Source of the DNA: Promethearchaeota archaeon | GTDB taxonomy: Archaea > Asgardarchaeota > Lokiarchaeia > Sigyniarchaeales > SOKP01 | Direction: 5' to 3' | NCBI GenBank assembly: GCA_018238625.1 | Contig: JABCSY010000093.1 | Location: 1 to 16,346 of the forward strand | Length of the DNA: 16,346 bases | In this document: positions 1 through 7,229 of the stretch, piece after piece | How positions within the stretch are numbered: position 1 is the first letter of the stretch | Layout: each line of letters opens with the position of its first letter | The notes under the pieces: generated by a model | Databases searched by the model: none | Told to the model about the DNA's origin: nothing | Seen by the model: the letters and a program-made list of their open reading frames with translations, nothing else | Translations under genes and position numbers: made by a program

Positions 1-1
1 T

Positions 2-220
2 GTTAGTATTGGTGCAGGAGGTGCAATTATTACGTGGGATGATAATAGAGTTGCAGATGATAATGGAAATAATGGTGATCCTCCTCCTTCTCCTCCTCCT
101 TCTCCTTCTCGAACTATTCCTGGATTTTCTCCATATCTTTTTATTATTATATTTTCAGTATGCGTGATTTTTAAAATTATTATATTTCATATAAAATCTA
201 AAAAAAAATTCCAAAAATAG
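2..220 (+). CDS. 3' end (partial) of a secreted, membrane-anchored protein with a PGF-CTERM/Loki-CTERM-like sorting signal
   Basis: Not in the ORF track. Frame from nt 2 is open to TAG 218-220: VSIGAGGAIITWDDNRVADDNGNNGDPPPSPPPSPSRTIPGFSPYLFIIIFSVCVIFKIIIFHIKSKKKFQK*. Pro/Ser linker, IPGF motif, hydrophobic helix and Lys cluster match the archaeosortase-type tripartite signal. Confidence 0.85.
   Translation, partial: VSIGAGGAIITWDDNRVADDNGNNGDPPPSPPPSPSRTIPGFSPYLFIIIFSVCVIFKIIIFHIKSKKKFQK
80..109 (+). repeat. In-frame CCT/TCT trinucleotide run encoding the PPPSPPPSPS linker
   Basis: cctcctccttctcctcctccttctccttct read directly. Confidence 0.85.
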
Positions 221-226
221 AATTCT

Positions 227-766
227 ATGTTGATAAAAATGGGTAACTTGATAAAGTTAAAGGGTATACAAAGTAAAGTATTTCTCTTTTTTTTAACTAC
301 TATATTATTTAGCCAAGTATTTCTACATCAAGTTGTAGCCGATGAAACAAAAGACGGGGTTCTTGAGATTAATAGCGGAGATACCATTAATATACAACTT
401 GGTACAAGTACTACAATAATTTGGCAATTTCAAGTTGATACGAATGAACGTGCAATATACTGGGAAATTATTGGAAATAATGTTTTTAAAACGGGATGGG
501 GTCCTAGTGCAAATTGTACTACACCCGTTTTAAATGAAACAGATACTAGATATGAATATGTATGTCATGGTTATTATGCAAAATATCATGTATGGAAAAA
601 GGTGATTGTAACATGCACAGAAACAATTGGCTTTGATCCCATAATCTTTCTTTATATAGGAATTCCTATTGTTTTAGTAAGTGGAATAGCTCTAGTCGTC
701 GTAATTTTTTTAAGGCGTAAAAAAAACCAAGATATCTTTTTAAGCAATAGAACTATGAAACTATAG
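227..766 (+). CDS. Hypothetical secreted protein with C-terminal membrane anchor (small beta-rich extracellular domain)
   Basis: N-terminal hydrophobic signal (KVFLFFLTTILFSQVFLHQVVA), beta-strand-rich middle, C-terminal TM (IIFLYIGIPIVLVSGIALVVVIFL) followed by RRKK. Starts 6 nt after the upstream stop; the true start may be slightly downstream (ATG 239 or TTG 248). Confidence 0.75.
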   Translation: MLIKMGNLIKLKGIQSKVFLFFLTTILFSQVFLHQVVADETKDGVLEINSGDTINIQLGTSTTIIWQFQVDTNERAIYWEIIGNNVFKTGWGPSANCTTPVLNETDTRYEYVCHGYYAKYHVWKKVIVTCTETIGFDPIIFLYIGIPIVLVSGIALVVVIFLRRKKNQDIFLSNRTMKL

Positions 767-843
767 TGAATTCGATGAACATCCTTCCGTATATAAATCT
801 AATTATAAAAATACTAATATTTTGTGGCAAATAAAAAAAATAA

Positions 844-2040
844 TTAGTTAATAGAAATAGGATAAGTTCCATATTTCTTTAATGTATCGTGCATCGCTAA
901 GTAATTTTCTAATTTAACAGAAGGATTAATACTATGTCCAGAACTTAGGATAAAACCCCCTCCTGGAGCAAGCTTTTTGATAAGGTTTTTAGTGTAATTC
1001 TCTATATAAATTTGCTCTTTATCGGCGAGATCTTGTGGAGAAACATTTCCGATAAATGTAATTTTACCTGAAAATTTTTCATTGAGTTTAAAAATGTCAT
1101 ATTCAGGATTTGCTGTTGTAGGTTCAATCGGATGTATTGCATCAACTCCGATTTTAACAAGATCTTCAAGTAATTCGAAAATATCTCCACAGCTGTGTAA
1201 TAGCACTTTTAAACCTCCTTTATGAGCAACTTTACAACTTTCTTCTAACCAAGGAAGTACGTAAGTTCTATAGTTTTTAGGGCTCATCAACAAACCAGAT
1301 TTATATCCATAATCGTCCAATATCATGATCATATCGGTTTCTCCCCATTCGATAAATGTTTTGACTAAATCTACAAGAAATTTACCAAATCTATCAAAAA
1401 TAACCTTGATCTTTTTTGTATCGGTTAATAGTTTACTAAAAGTTGAAAACCCAAAAACTTGCCAAGCAGGCTCAAATAAACCCCACATAGAAGGGATAAT
1501 GGAAATTTTTCCTTGAGATTCTTTTTCTGCTTTTCTCATTGCTTTAAAATATTTTTCTCTTCGGGGTGTGTTAACTTCTAAAGGGGCAGACGATTCAAAT
1601 TCTTCAAAACTTTTAAATGCGCCACCTCTATAATATGCCATATCCATACCATCTGAAGGGTTTTTTCTTACGTCAAAAACTCTTCCATATTCATCGGTAA
1701 AACTCGCTCTATCACAGCTTATAGGGAAAGTGACATAGCCTGTATATGGAACAATTGCTAGGTCGATTCCAAGCTTTTTATACAAATTCACATGCTTATT
1801 TAAAGTAGTTTTAATATACGATCTTGTTTCTGTAGCCATAAGAATAGTTTTAGTTAAAGAGTCTGTATTTCCTTGATATAAATCGTACGTGTCACTATAA
1901 GTTTGTGTCATTCCTTGAAATACATAATCCTCGTTAAAGTGTTCACATACTTTGAAATTATCTATGGACATCTCAAAAGACGGTACTCTATCTGGCTCTT
2001 CAAAATTTAAAACCTTCTGTAATCTTTCTCTACTATTCAT
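844..2040 (-). CDS. Uroporphyrinogen decarboxylase / MtaA-CmuA methyltransferase family protein
   Basis: N-terminal MNSRERL...EPDRVP, DDYG...LLMSP..YR.YV.P, HSCG (H-x-C), IHPIEP, GNVS, GGGFILSSGHSI motifs of the URO-D/CIMS-like barrel. Substrate unknown; not assignable to hemE. Confidence 0.85.
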   Translation of the reverse strand: MNSRERLQKVLNFEEPDRVPSFEMSIDNFKVCEHFNEDYVFQGMTQTYSDTYDLYQGNTDSLTKTILMATETRSYIKTTLNKHVNLYKKLGIDLAIVPYTGYVTFPISCDRASFTDEYGRVFDVRKNPSDGMDMAYYRGGAFKSFEEFESSAPLEVNTPRREKYFKAMRKAEKESQGKISIIPSMWGLFEPAWQVFGFSTFSKLLTDTKKIKVIFDRFGKFLVDLVKTFIEWGETDMIMILDDYGYKSGLLMSPKNYRTYVLPWLEESCKVAHKGGLKVLLHSCGDIFELLEDLVKIGVDAIHPIEPTTANPEYDIFKLNEKFSGKITFIGNVSPQDLADKEQIYIENYTKNLIKKLAPGGGFILSSGHSINPSVKLENYLAMHDTLKKYGTYPISIN

Positions 2041-2073
2041 AATAATTCGCCTTTAAGTTCTACTGCTTAAATT

Positions 2074-3279
2074 TCACTTAGTTAATATCTTCAATAATTT
2101 GATAAAAATATTAGGATTTTTTAACGAAAATTTGATTAAAAAAGTAAAAACTGAGGGGTTTTTTAATAACTTGAAAATTAAATCTTTTGGGAAATCCATA
2201 TCACCATAGAGCGAAATAATATGTTCAATTTTATTTTCTTTTACTATTTTAAAGAAAACTTCGAAGTCTTCGCTTGTTAGCCTTTCTAAAATAAGCCGTA
2301 TAACGTAATGCAACTTCAATTCTTTACCAATTGTTCTCAAACAAGACTTTTCATAATGTTTTTTAATAAATCTTTTTGAAAAATTATTCTGTTTGAAACT
2401 AAGTTTAACGCAATTCGAAGCGTGCCTTGCAGCAGTCAATAACATGACAATGCCTCCTCCTGTTGTGGCTTTAACTTGCCCTGCTGCGTCCCCTAACAAT
2501 AAAGCGTTTTTAAAAGCGCTTTTATTCATAATTCCGTAAGGGATAATTCCACCTTGCTGATCTATCTTATTGTCGACATCTATGCCTAACTTCTTTAAAA
2601 AAATAAGGAAACTTTTTTTTACATTTTTAGAGGATGCTATACCAATTCGGTAAACATTATTACCCTCTGGTACAATCCAACCAAATAATTGTTTCCATAA
2701 AGGGTGGAAGTACATAACTGCTTCGTTTTCGTCAAAATTGCCTTTAATTCTAATTTGAGCGGCATAAAGAAGCTTATTCTTCACTTTCAAATGTTTACCT
2801 ACCGAAGATAACGGTCCATCACACCCGATTAGCATCTTAGCCTTTATCAATCTTTTAGACGTTTCAATTAGCACACATTTATGGCCATTATCTACGCTGT
2901 ATTTAAACGACCTAAACCTTTCGCCAAGATAGTAAGTGATATTTGAGGTATTTTTATTTTTACCGTAAAATAAACGATCTAGAGCAATTCTATCGATTAC
3001 ATAGGGGCGTTCGTTACCAGAAAGATTAATGAAATTTCCCGAGGGACCAATGATTTTTGCCGTCTTAACTCGATTTAGTACGATTTCTTCAGGAAGCTCA
3101 ATTAATTGACTTAACTTTTGAGATATAATTCCAGCGCATTGAAACGGTAAGCCAATATCTTCGTGTTCCTCGATGACAACAATTTCTAAGTTTGATTTAG
3201 ACAATAAATAAGCTAAATAATTGCCCGCAATACTTGCGCCAATGATTGCTAAATCGAATTTCTTAATATTCTGATCCAT
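2074..3279 (-). CDS. Geranylgeranyl reductase family flavoprotein (DGGGPL reductase-like)
   Basis: Rossmann start DLAIIGASIAG, QCAGIIS, IDR..LD, LIGCDGPLS, FGWIVP, LLLGDAAGQVKATTGGGI. 33 nt upstream of the UroD-family gene on the same strand. Confidence 0.85.
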   Translation of the reverse strand: MDQNIKKFDLAIIGASIAGNYLAYLLSKSNLEIVVIEEHEDIGLPFQCAGIISQKLSQLIELPEEIVLNRVKTAKIIGPSGNFINLSGNERPYVIDRIALDRLFYGKNKNTSNITYYLGERFRSFKYSVDNGHKCVLIETSKRLIKAKMLIGCDGPLSSVGKHLKVKNKLLYAAQIRIKGNFDENEAVMYFHPLWKQLFGWIVPEGNNVYRIGIASSKNVKKSFLIFLKKLGIDVDNKIDQQGGIIPYGIMNKSAFKNALLLGDAAGQVKATTGGGIVMLLTAARHASNCVKLSFKQNNFSKRFIKKHYEKSCLRTIGKELKLHYVIRLILERLTSEDFEVFFKIVKENKIEHIISLYGDMDFPKDLIFKLLKNPSVFTFLIKFSLKNPNIFIKLLKILTK

Positions 3280-3438
3280 TAGAAGAAATAAGTAATATAA
3301 AAATTAGAAGTTTTTTAATAGCAAACCCTAATCAGGAAAAAAGAAAAAAAGAAGGAAAAAATTTTACTGTAACAGTCTTTTCTGTGTTAGGACTACCCAT
3401 TATTATATTATTTCTTGATAATGAAAAAGGTTTGTAAA

Positions 3439-3609
3439 TTAAATCGAAAAATAGTTTGTTATTAGCATTATCTTAAGCCCCATTCCTTTCGTATCAACAT
3501 TATAAACAATCTTACCTGGATCTGAGGAATTAAAAACATCTAAACAATTTAGTGAAGTTGTTTTTCTTGAACCTGGAAACTAATTAGACAAAATTATTGT
3601 ATAGATCAT
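3439..3609 (-). pseudogene. Possible decayed N-terminal fragment of a P-loop NTPase/GTPase
   Basis: Minus strand from ATG 3609 reads MIYTIILSN*FPGSRKTTSLNCLDVFNSSDPGKIVYNVDTKGMG...FSI* (TAA 3441-3439): hydrophobic strand plus a degenerate Walker A (xFPGS[G>R]KTT). Could be chance. Confidence 0.3.
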
Positions 3610-3624
3610 TTTCTTATATTTATT

Positions 3625-3687
3625 TGGAAACTTCCACATAACTTCCAAACTTCCATGAAACTATTGGAATCACAACTATAAATGGAA
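3625..3687 (+). promoter_or_regulatory. Probable promoter/operator of the beta-helix gene: TATAAA (3677-3682) within a cluster of TTCCA/TGGAA boxes
   Basis: AACTTCCA x3 (3629, 3640, 3648), palindrome TGGAA-AC-TTCCA (3625-3636), TGGAA at 3665 and 3683; TATA box about 40 nt before GTG 3724. Confidence 0.55.
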
Positions 3688-3723
3688 ACATAAACAACAT
3701 TCTTATAACATCTACTAAAAAAA

Positions 3724-5583
3724 GTGATAAATTTGAAATCTAAAAAAAAACAAAATATAGTACGCGTGCTATTCTTACTAGTTTTATTCTTCGTTGGAAA
3801 TTATTACATGGCCAATCCGATTAATAGCAAAGTGAATCGTGAAATCAACAGCTACACGCTTACTAATGTAGATATTCTAAGAACCTCTGGACACTGGAAT
3901 CTAGCACCTTTCGTTATAGATGATTCTGGAGGGGGAGATTATACCTGGGAAGAGGCTTCTGCCGAAACATGGTGCTCTGGTTCTGGAACTTTAGAAGAGC
4001 CATATCTTATTGAAAATGTTACAGTTAATGGCGGAAATTTAGGGAGTTGCATCACAATCAATAATTCAGCCAAATATTTTAGAATCGAAAATTGCACGGT
4101 TTTTAATTCAGGAGTGGGCACTTATGACGCAGGAATCCGTTTAGATCATGCTGGGAATGGAACATTAATCAACAACAATTGTTCATTTAATAATAGATAT
4201 GGAATATTTATTACTTATTCTGATAATACTACTGTCTCAGGAAATACTGCAAATGATAATCACCATAATGGAATATATGTTCGTTATTCTAATAAGACTA
4301 CTGTCTCAGGAAATACTGTAAATAATAATGACGCTCAGGGAATATATCTTTATGATTCTGATAATAATACTGTCTCAGGAAATACTGTAAATAATAATAA
4401 CTATCATGGAATAATGATTTATTTTTCTGATAATACTACTGTCTTAGGAAATACTGCAAATAATAATCAAGATAATGGAATACTTATTTATTATTCTGAT
4501 AATAATACTATCTCGGGAAATATTGCAAATTATAATAGCTTTAATGGAATATATCTTTATGATTCTGATAATAATACTGTCTTAGGAAATACTGCAAATA
4601 ATAATAGCTATTTTGGAATATATCTTTGTTTTTCTAATAATAATACTATCTCGGGAAATATTGTTGATAATAATGTGATTTACGGTATTTTAGTTTCAAG
4701 TGAAAGTGATTACAATCTAATTTATAAGAATTATTTCAATGATAATAATATTAACGCATACGATAGTGGAACAGATAATAAATGGGATAACGGAACTATT
4801 GGTAATTACTGGGACGATTACGATGGTGTCGATGCAAACGATGACGGAATAGGTGATACACCATATCTCATATCTGGAATAGGAGAGGGTCAAGATAACT
4901 ATCCAATATGGGCTGATGGTGATGACATTGTTATTACGATAATTTTACCTTTACCTAATAGCATATTCGGTTTAGATGCCCCAAATTACCAAATTACAAT
5001 AGATGAAGTCAACTTGGATACCATTTGGTACACTCTCGACGGAGGAGGGACGAATTACACCATCACAAGTTTAACCGGTACTTTGAATCAATTGGCGTGG
5101 GAAGCTTTAAGCGGAGGTAGCATTACAATTAGGTTCTATGCAAACGATTCTACTGGAAATGTTGGTTATGCAGCTGCTACTGTTGAAAAGGACATTAGCG
5201 CTCCAGTTATTACAATAATCTTTCCTTTACCTGATAGTATATTTGGTTTAGTTGCCCCAAATTACAATATTACTATAGATGAAGTCAACTTGGATACCAT
5301 TTGGTACACTCTCGACGGAGGAGGGACGAATTACACCATCACAAGTTTAACCGGTACTTTGAATCAATTTGCGTGGGAAGCATTAAGTGAAGGTAGCATT
5401 ACAATTAGGTTCTACGCAAATGATACTGCTGGAAATATAGGCTTCACAGATGTAGAGGTTATCATAGAGATTCCCGAAGATTTAGATGGCGTACCTATAA
5501 TTTCATTTGGAAATTACTACGTACTATTTGCGTTCATAGCGACACTTTCTTTTATTATCTTGGAAAAACGAAAGCAAAAATAA
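3724..5583 (+). CDS. Cell-surface parallel beta-helix (NosD/PbH1) protein with two tandem Ig-like domains and a C-terminal membrane anchor
   Basis: Signal/TM N-terminus; GSGT..EPYLIEN lead-in; 23-aa GIxxxxSDNNTVSGNTANNN repeats; GNYWDDY.G.D...DGIGDTPY cap typical of archaeal NosD-like proteins; duplicated ~92-aa domain (NLDTIWYTLDGG...ITIRFYANDxxGN); C-terminal ISFGNYY + TM + KRKQK. Confidence 0.9.
   Translation: MINLKSKKKQNIVRVLFLLVLFFVGNYYMANPINSKVNREINSYTLTNVDILRTSGHWNLAPFVIDDSGGGDYTWEEASAETWCSGSGTLEEPYLIENVTVNGGNLGSCITINNSAKYFRIENCTVFNSGVGTYDAGIRLDHAGNGTLINNNCSFNNRYGIFITYSDNTTVSGNTANDNHHNGIYVRYSNKTTVSGNTVNNNDAQGIYLYDSDNNTVSGNTVNNNNYHGIMIYFSDNTTVLGNTANNNQDNGILIYYSDNNTISGNIANYNSFNGIYLYDSDNNTVLGNTANNNSYFGIYLCFSNNNTISGNIVDNNVIYGILVSSESDYNLIYKNYFNDNNINAYDSGTDNKWDNGTIGNYWDDYDGVDANDDGIGDTPYLISGIGEGQDNYPIWADGDDIVITIILPLPNSIFGLDAPNYQITIDEVNLDTIWYTLDGGGTNYTITSLTGTLNQLAWEALSGGSITIRFYANDSTGNVGYAAATVEKDISAPVITIIFPLPDSIFGLVAPNYNITIDEVNLDTIWYTLDGGGTNYTITSLTGTLNQFAWEALSEGSITIRFYANDTAGNIGFTDVEVIIEIPEDLDGVPIISFGNYYVLFAFIATLSFIILEKRKQK
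4192..4674 (+). repeat. Seven tandem 69-bp coding repeats (23-aa beta-helix rungs)
   Basis: GGAATA recurs at 4201, 4270, 4339, 4408, 4477, 4546, 4615 (exact 69-nt period); a degenerate eighth unit starts at 4675. Confidence 0.95.
4930..5463 (+). repeat. 276-bp-period internal domain duplication
   Basis: Copies begin at 4930 and 5206; 4999-5093 is identical to 5275-5369 (95 bp). End coordinate approximate. Confidence 0.95.
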
Positions 5584-5585
5584 AC

Positions 5586-5608
5586 TTTTCCCCTTTTTTT
5601 TTTATTTT
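5586..5608 (+). terminator. Oligo-T archaeal-type terminator candidate
   Basis: ttttccccttttttttttatttt immediately after stop 5583. Confidence 0.5.
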
Positions 5609-5814
5609 AATTTTAATTAGCTTAAATGATGATTTATTAGATTTTCATAGATTTTTGTTGCAAATAAGGACTTAACTTCGATTTTAAGAAATAAATTCGC
5701 TGATTTCTGAAATTTTATTTCTCGTTTCATAGCTTTTTCTAATCATTATCAGATTAATAATTTTATTTAAAAATTTTAATCAGATTAAATATATAGTGAA
5801 TGTGATTTAAAAAA

Positions 5815-7212
5815 ATGGGAGGATTATTCGGAGTTTTTTCAAATAAAGATTGTGTTGATGATCTATTTTATGGGACAGACTATCATTCCCATTTAGGAAC
5901 CAAAAGAGGGGGTTTAGCGGTAAAAAACTCTGGTGGTTTTCAAAGGTTCATTAAGGATATCACGACGAGCCAATTTAGATCTAAGTTCGATAAAGATATC
6001 AAGAAAATGCATGGAAATAAAGGTATCGGAGTAATTAGTGACTACGAAGATCAACCCTTAATAATAAGTTCACGACTAGGCGTTTTTGCCATTTCAACAG
6101 TAGGTAAAATTAATAACATAGAAGAGCTCGCAAGCGAAGCGTTACAAAATGGAGCTCATTTCTCAGAAATGCATGGCGGAGAAATTAATCCAACGGAAAT
6201 GGTAGCAACAATAATTAGCCAAGCGACTACATTTGAAGAAGGTATTCAAAAGATTCAAGATATGATCGATGGTTCGTGTACCATTCTTATCTTAACTGAT
6301 GAAGGGATATTCGCGGCGCGCGATTCATTAGGTAGAACGCCTCTCGTTGTAGGTGAAAAGCCCGGGTCTTATGCTGTTGCAATGGAAACTTGTGCGTTCC
6401 CAAATCTGGGTTATAAAATAACAAAATATCTAGGGCCTGGAGAAATCGTTTTTATGGGTGAAAAGGGTCTCGAACAAAAGGTTGCACCAGGTAGTAGATT
6501 GCAAATCTGTGCTTTCTTATGGGTCTATTACGGATATCCTGCGTCTAGTTATGAGGGAATAAATGTTGAATCTGTTCGGTATAAATGTGGTGCTTATCTA
6601 CGAAGAGAGGACGATCTGGAGGTTGATCTTGTAGCAGGGATCCCAGATTCGGGTACAGCTCATGGATTAGGTTATGCTAACGAAGCCCAAATTCCTTATG
6701 TCCGACCCTTTGTTAAGTATACTCCAACATGGCCTCGAAGTTTCATGCCTCAAGAACAATCCATTAGAGATACGGTCGCAAAGATGAAACTTATTCCGAT
6801 TGAAGAACTTATCACGAACAAACGTCTTCTCTTTTGCGAGGACTCGATCGTGAGAGGTACTCAATTGAAAAAGCAAGTTGAGAGGTTGTTTGAATCGGGG
6901 GCAAAAGAAGTACACATGAGGCCTGCTTGTCCTCCACTTGTTTTCGGATGTAAATTTTTAAACTTCTCTCGATCTCGTTCTGAGCTAGATTTAGCAGGAA
7001 GATGGGCCATTAAAGAATTAATTGGAGAGGACATCGAAAATCCCGTGGAGTATATCGATCCTGAGTCTGATAATTATAAAGCAATGGTTAATGTTATACG
7101 CGAAAAGTTGCATTTAACGACATTAAAATATCAAAGGCTAGAAAACCTAGTTAAAGCTATTGGATTACCTAAAGAAAAACTATGTACCTATTGTTTCGAT
7201 GGTGTAGAATAG
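5815..7212 (+). CDS. purF: Amidophosphoribosyltransferase homolog lacking the N-terminal catalytic Cys (MGG-type)
   Basis: AARDSLGRTPL, GIPDSG, RSFMP, PRPP loop CEDSIVRGT, ACPP...GC, LCTYC (Fe-S Cys set retained). N-terminus is MGGLFG and the glutamine-site motifs are degenerate. Confidence 0.88.
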   Translation: MGGLFGVFSNKDCVDDLFYGTDYHSHLGTKRGGLAVKNSGGFQRFIKDITTSQFRSKFDKDIKKMHGNKGIGVISDYEDQPLIISSRLGVFAISTVGKINNIEELASEALQNGAHFSEMHGGEINPTEMVATIISQATTFEEGIQKIQDMIDGSCTILILTDEGIFAARDSLGRTPLVVGEKPGSYAVAMETCAFPNLGYKITKYLGPGEIVFMGEKGLEQKVAPGSRLQICAFLWVYYGYPASSYEGINVESVRYKCGAYLRREDDLEVDLVAGIPDSGTAHGLGYANEAQIPYVRPFVKYTPTWPRSFMPQEQSIRDTVAKMKLIPIEELITNKRLLFCEDSIVRGTQLKKQVERLFESGAKEVHMRPACPPLVFGCKFLNFSRSRSELDLAGRWAIKELIGEDIENPVEYIDPESDNYKAMVNVIREKLHLTTLKYQRLENLVKAIGLPKEKLCTYCFDGVE

Positions 7213-7229
7213 TAATTTTAAAAAAAATG

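Noticed and set aside
1002-1516. Short ORFs 1002-1190 (-) and 1325-1516 (+)
   Set aside because: Nested in or antisense to the UroD-family CDS; no motifs.
3366-3376. Palindrome ACTGT-A-ACAGT upstream of the GGR gene
   Set aside because: Single 5-bp arm pair, expected by chance; no second copy seen.
4192-4674. CRISPR array (regular ~69-nt period with variable segments)
   Set aside because: Repeats are in frame within an intact CDS, encode beta-helix rungs, lack unique spacer-length segments, and no cas genes are present.
3939-6915. Antisense ORFs 3939-4121 and 6667-6915
   Set aside because: Shadows of the beta-helix gene and purF.
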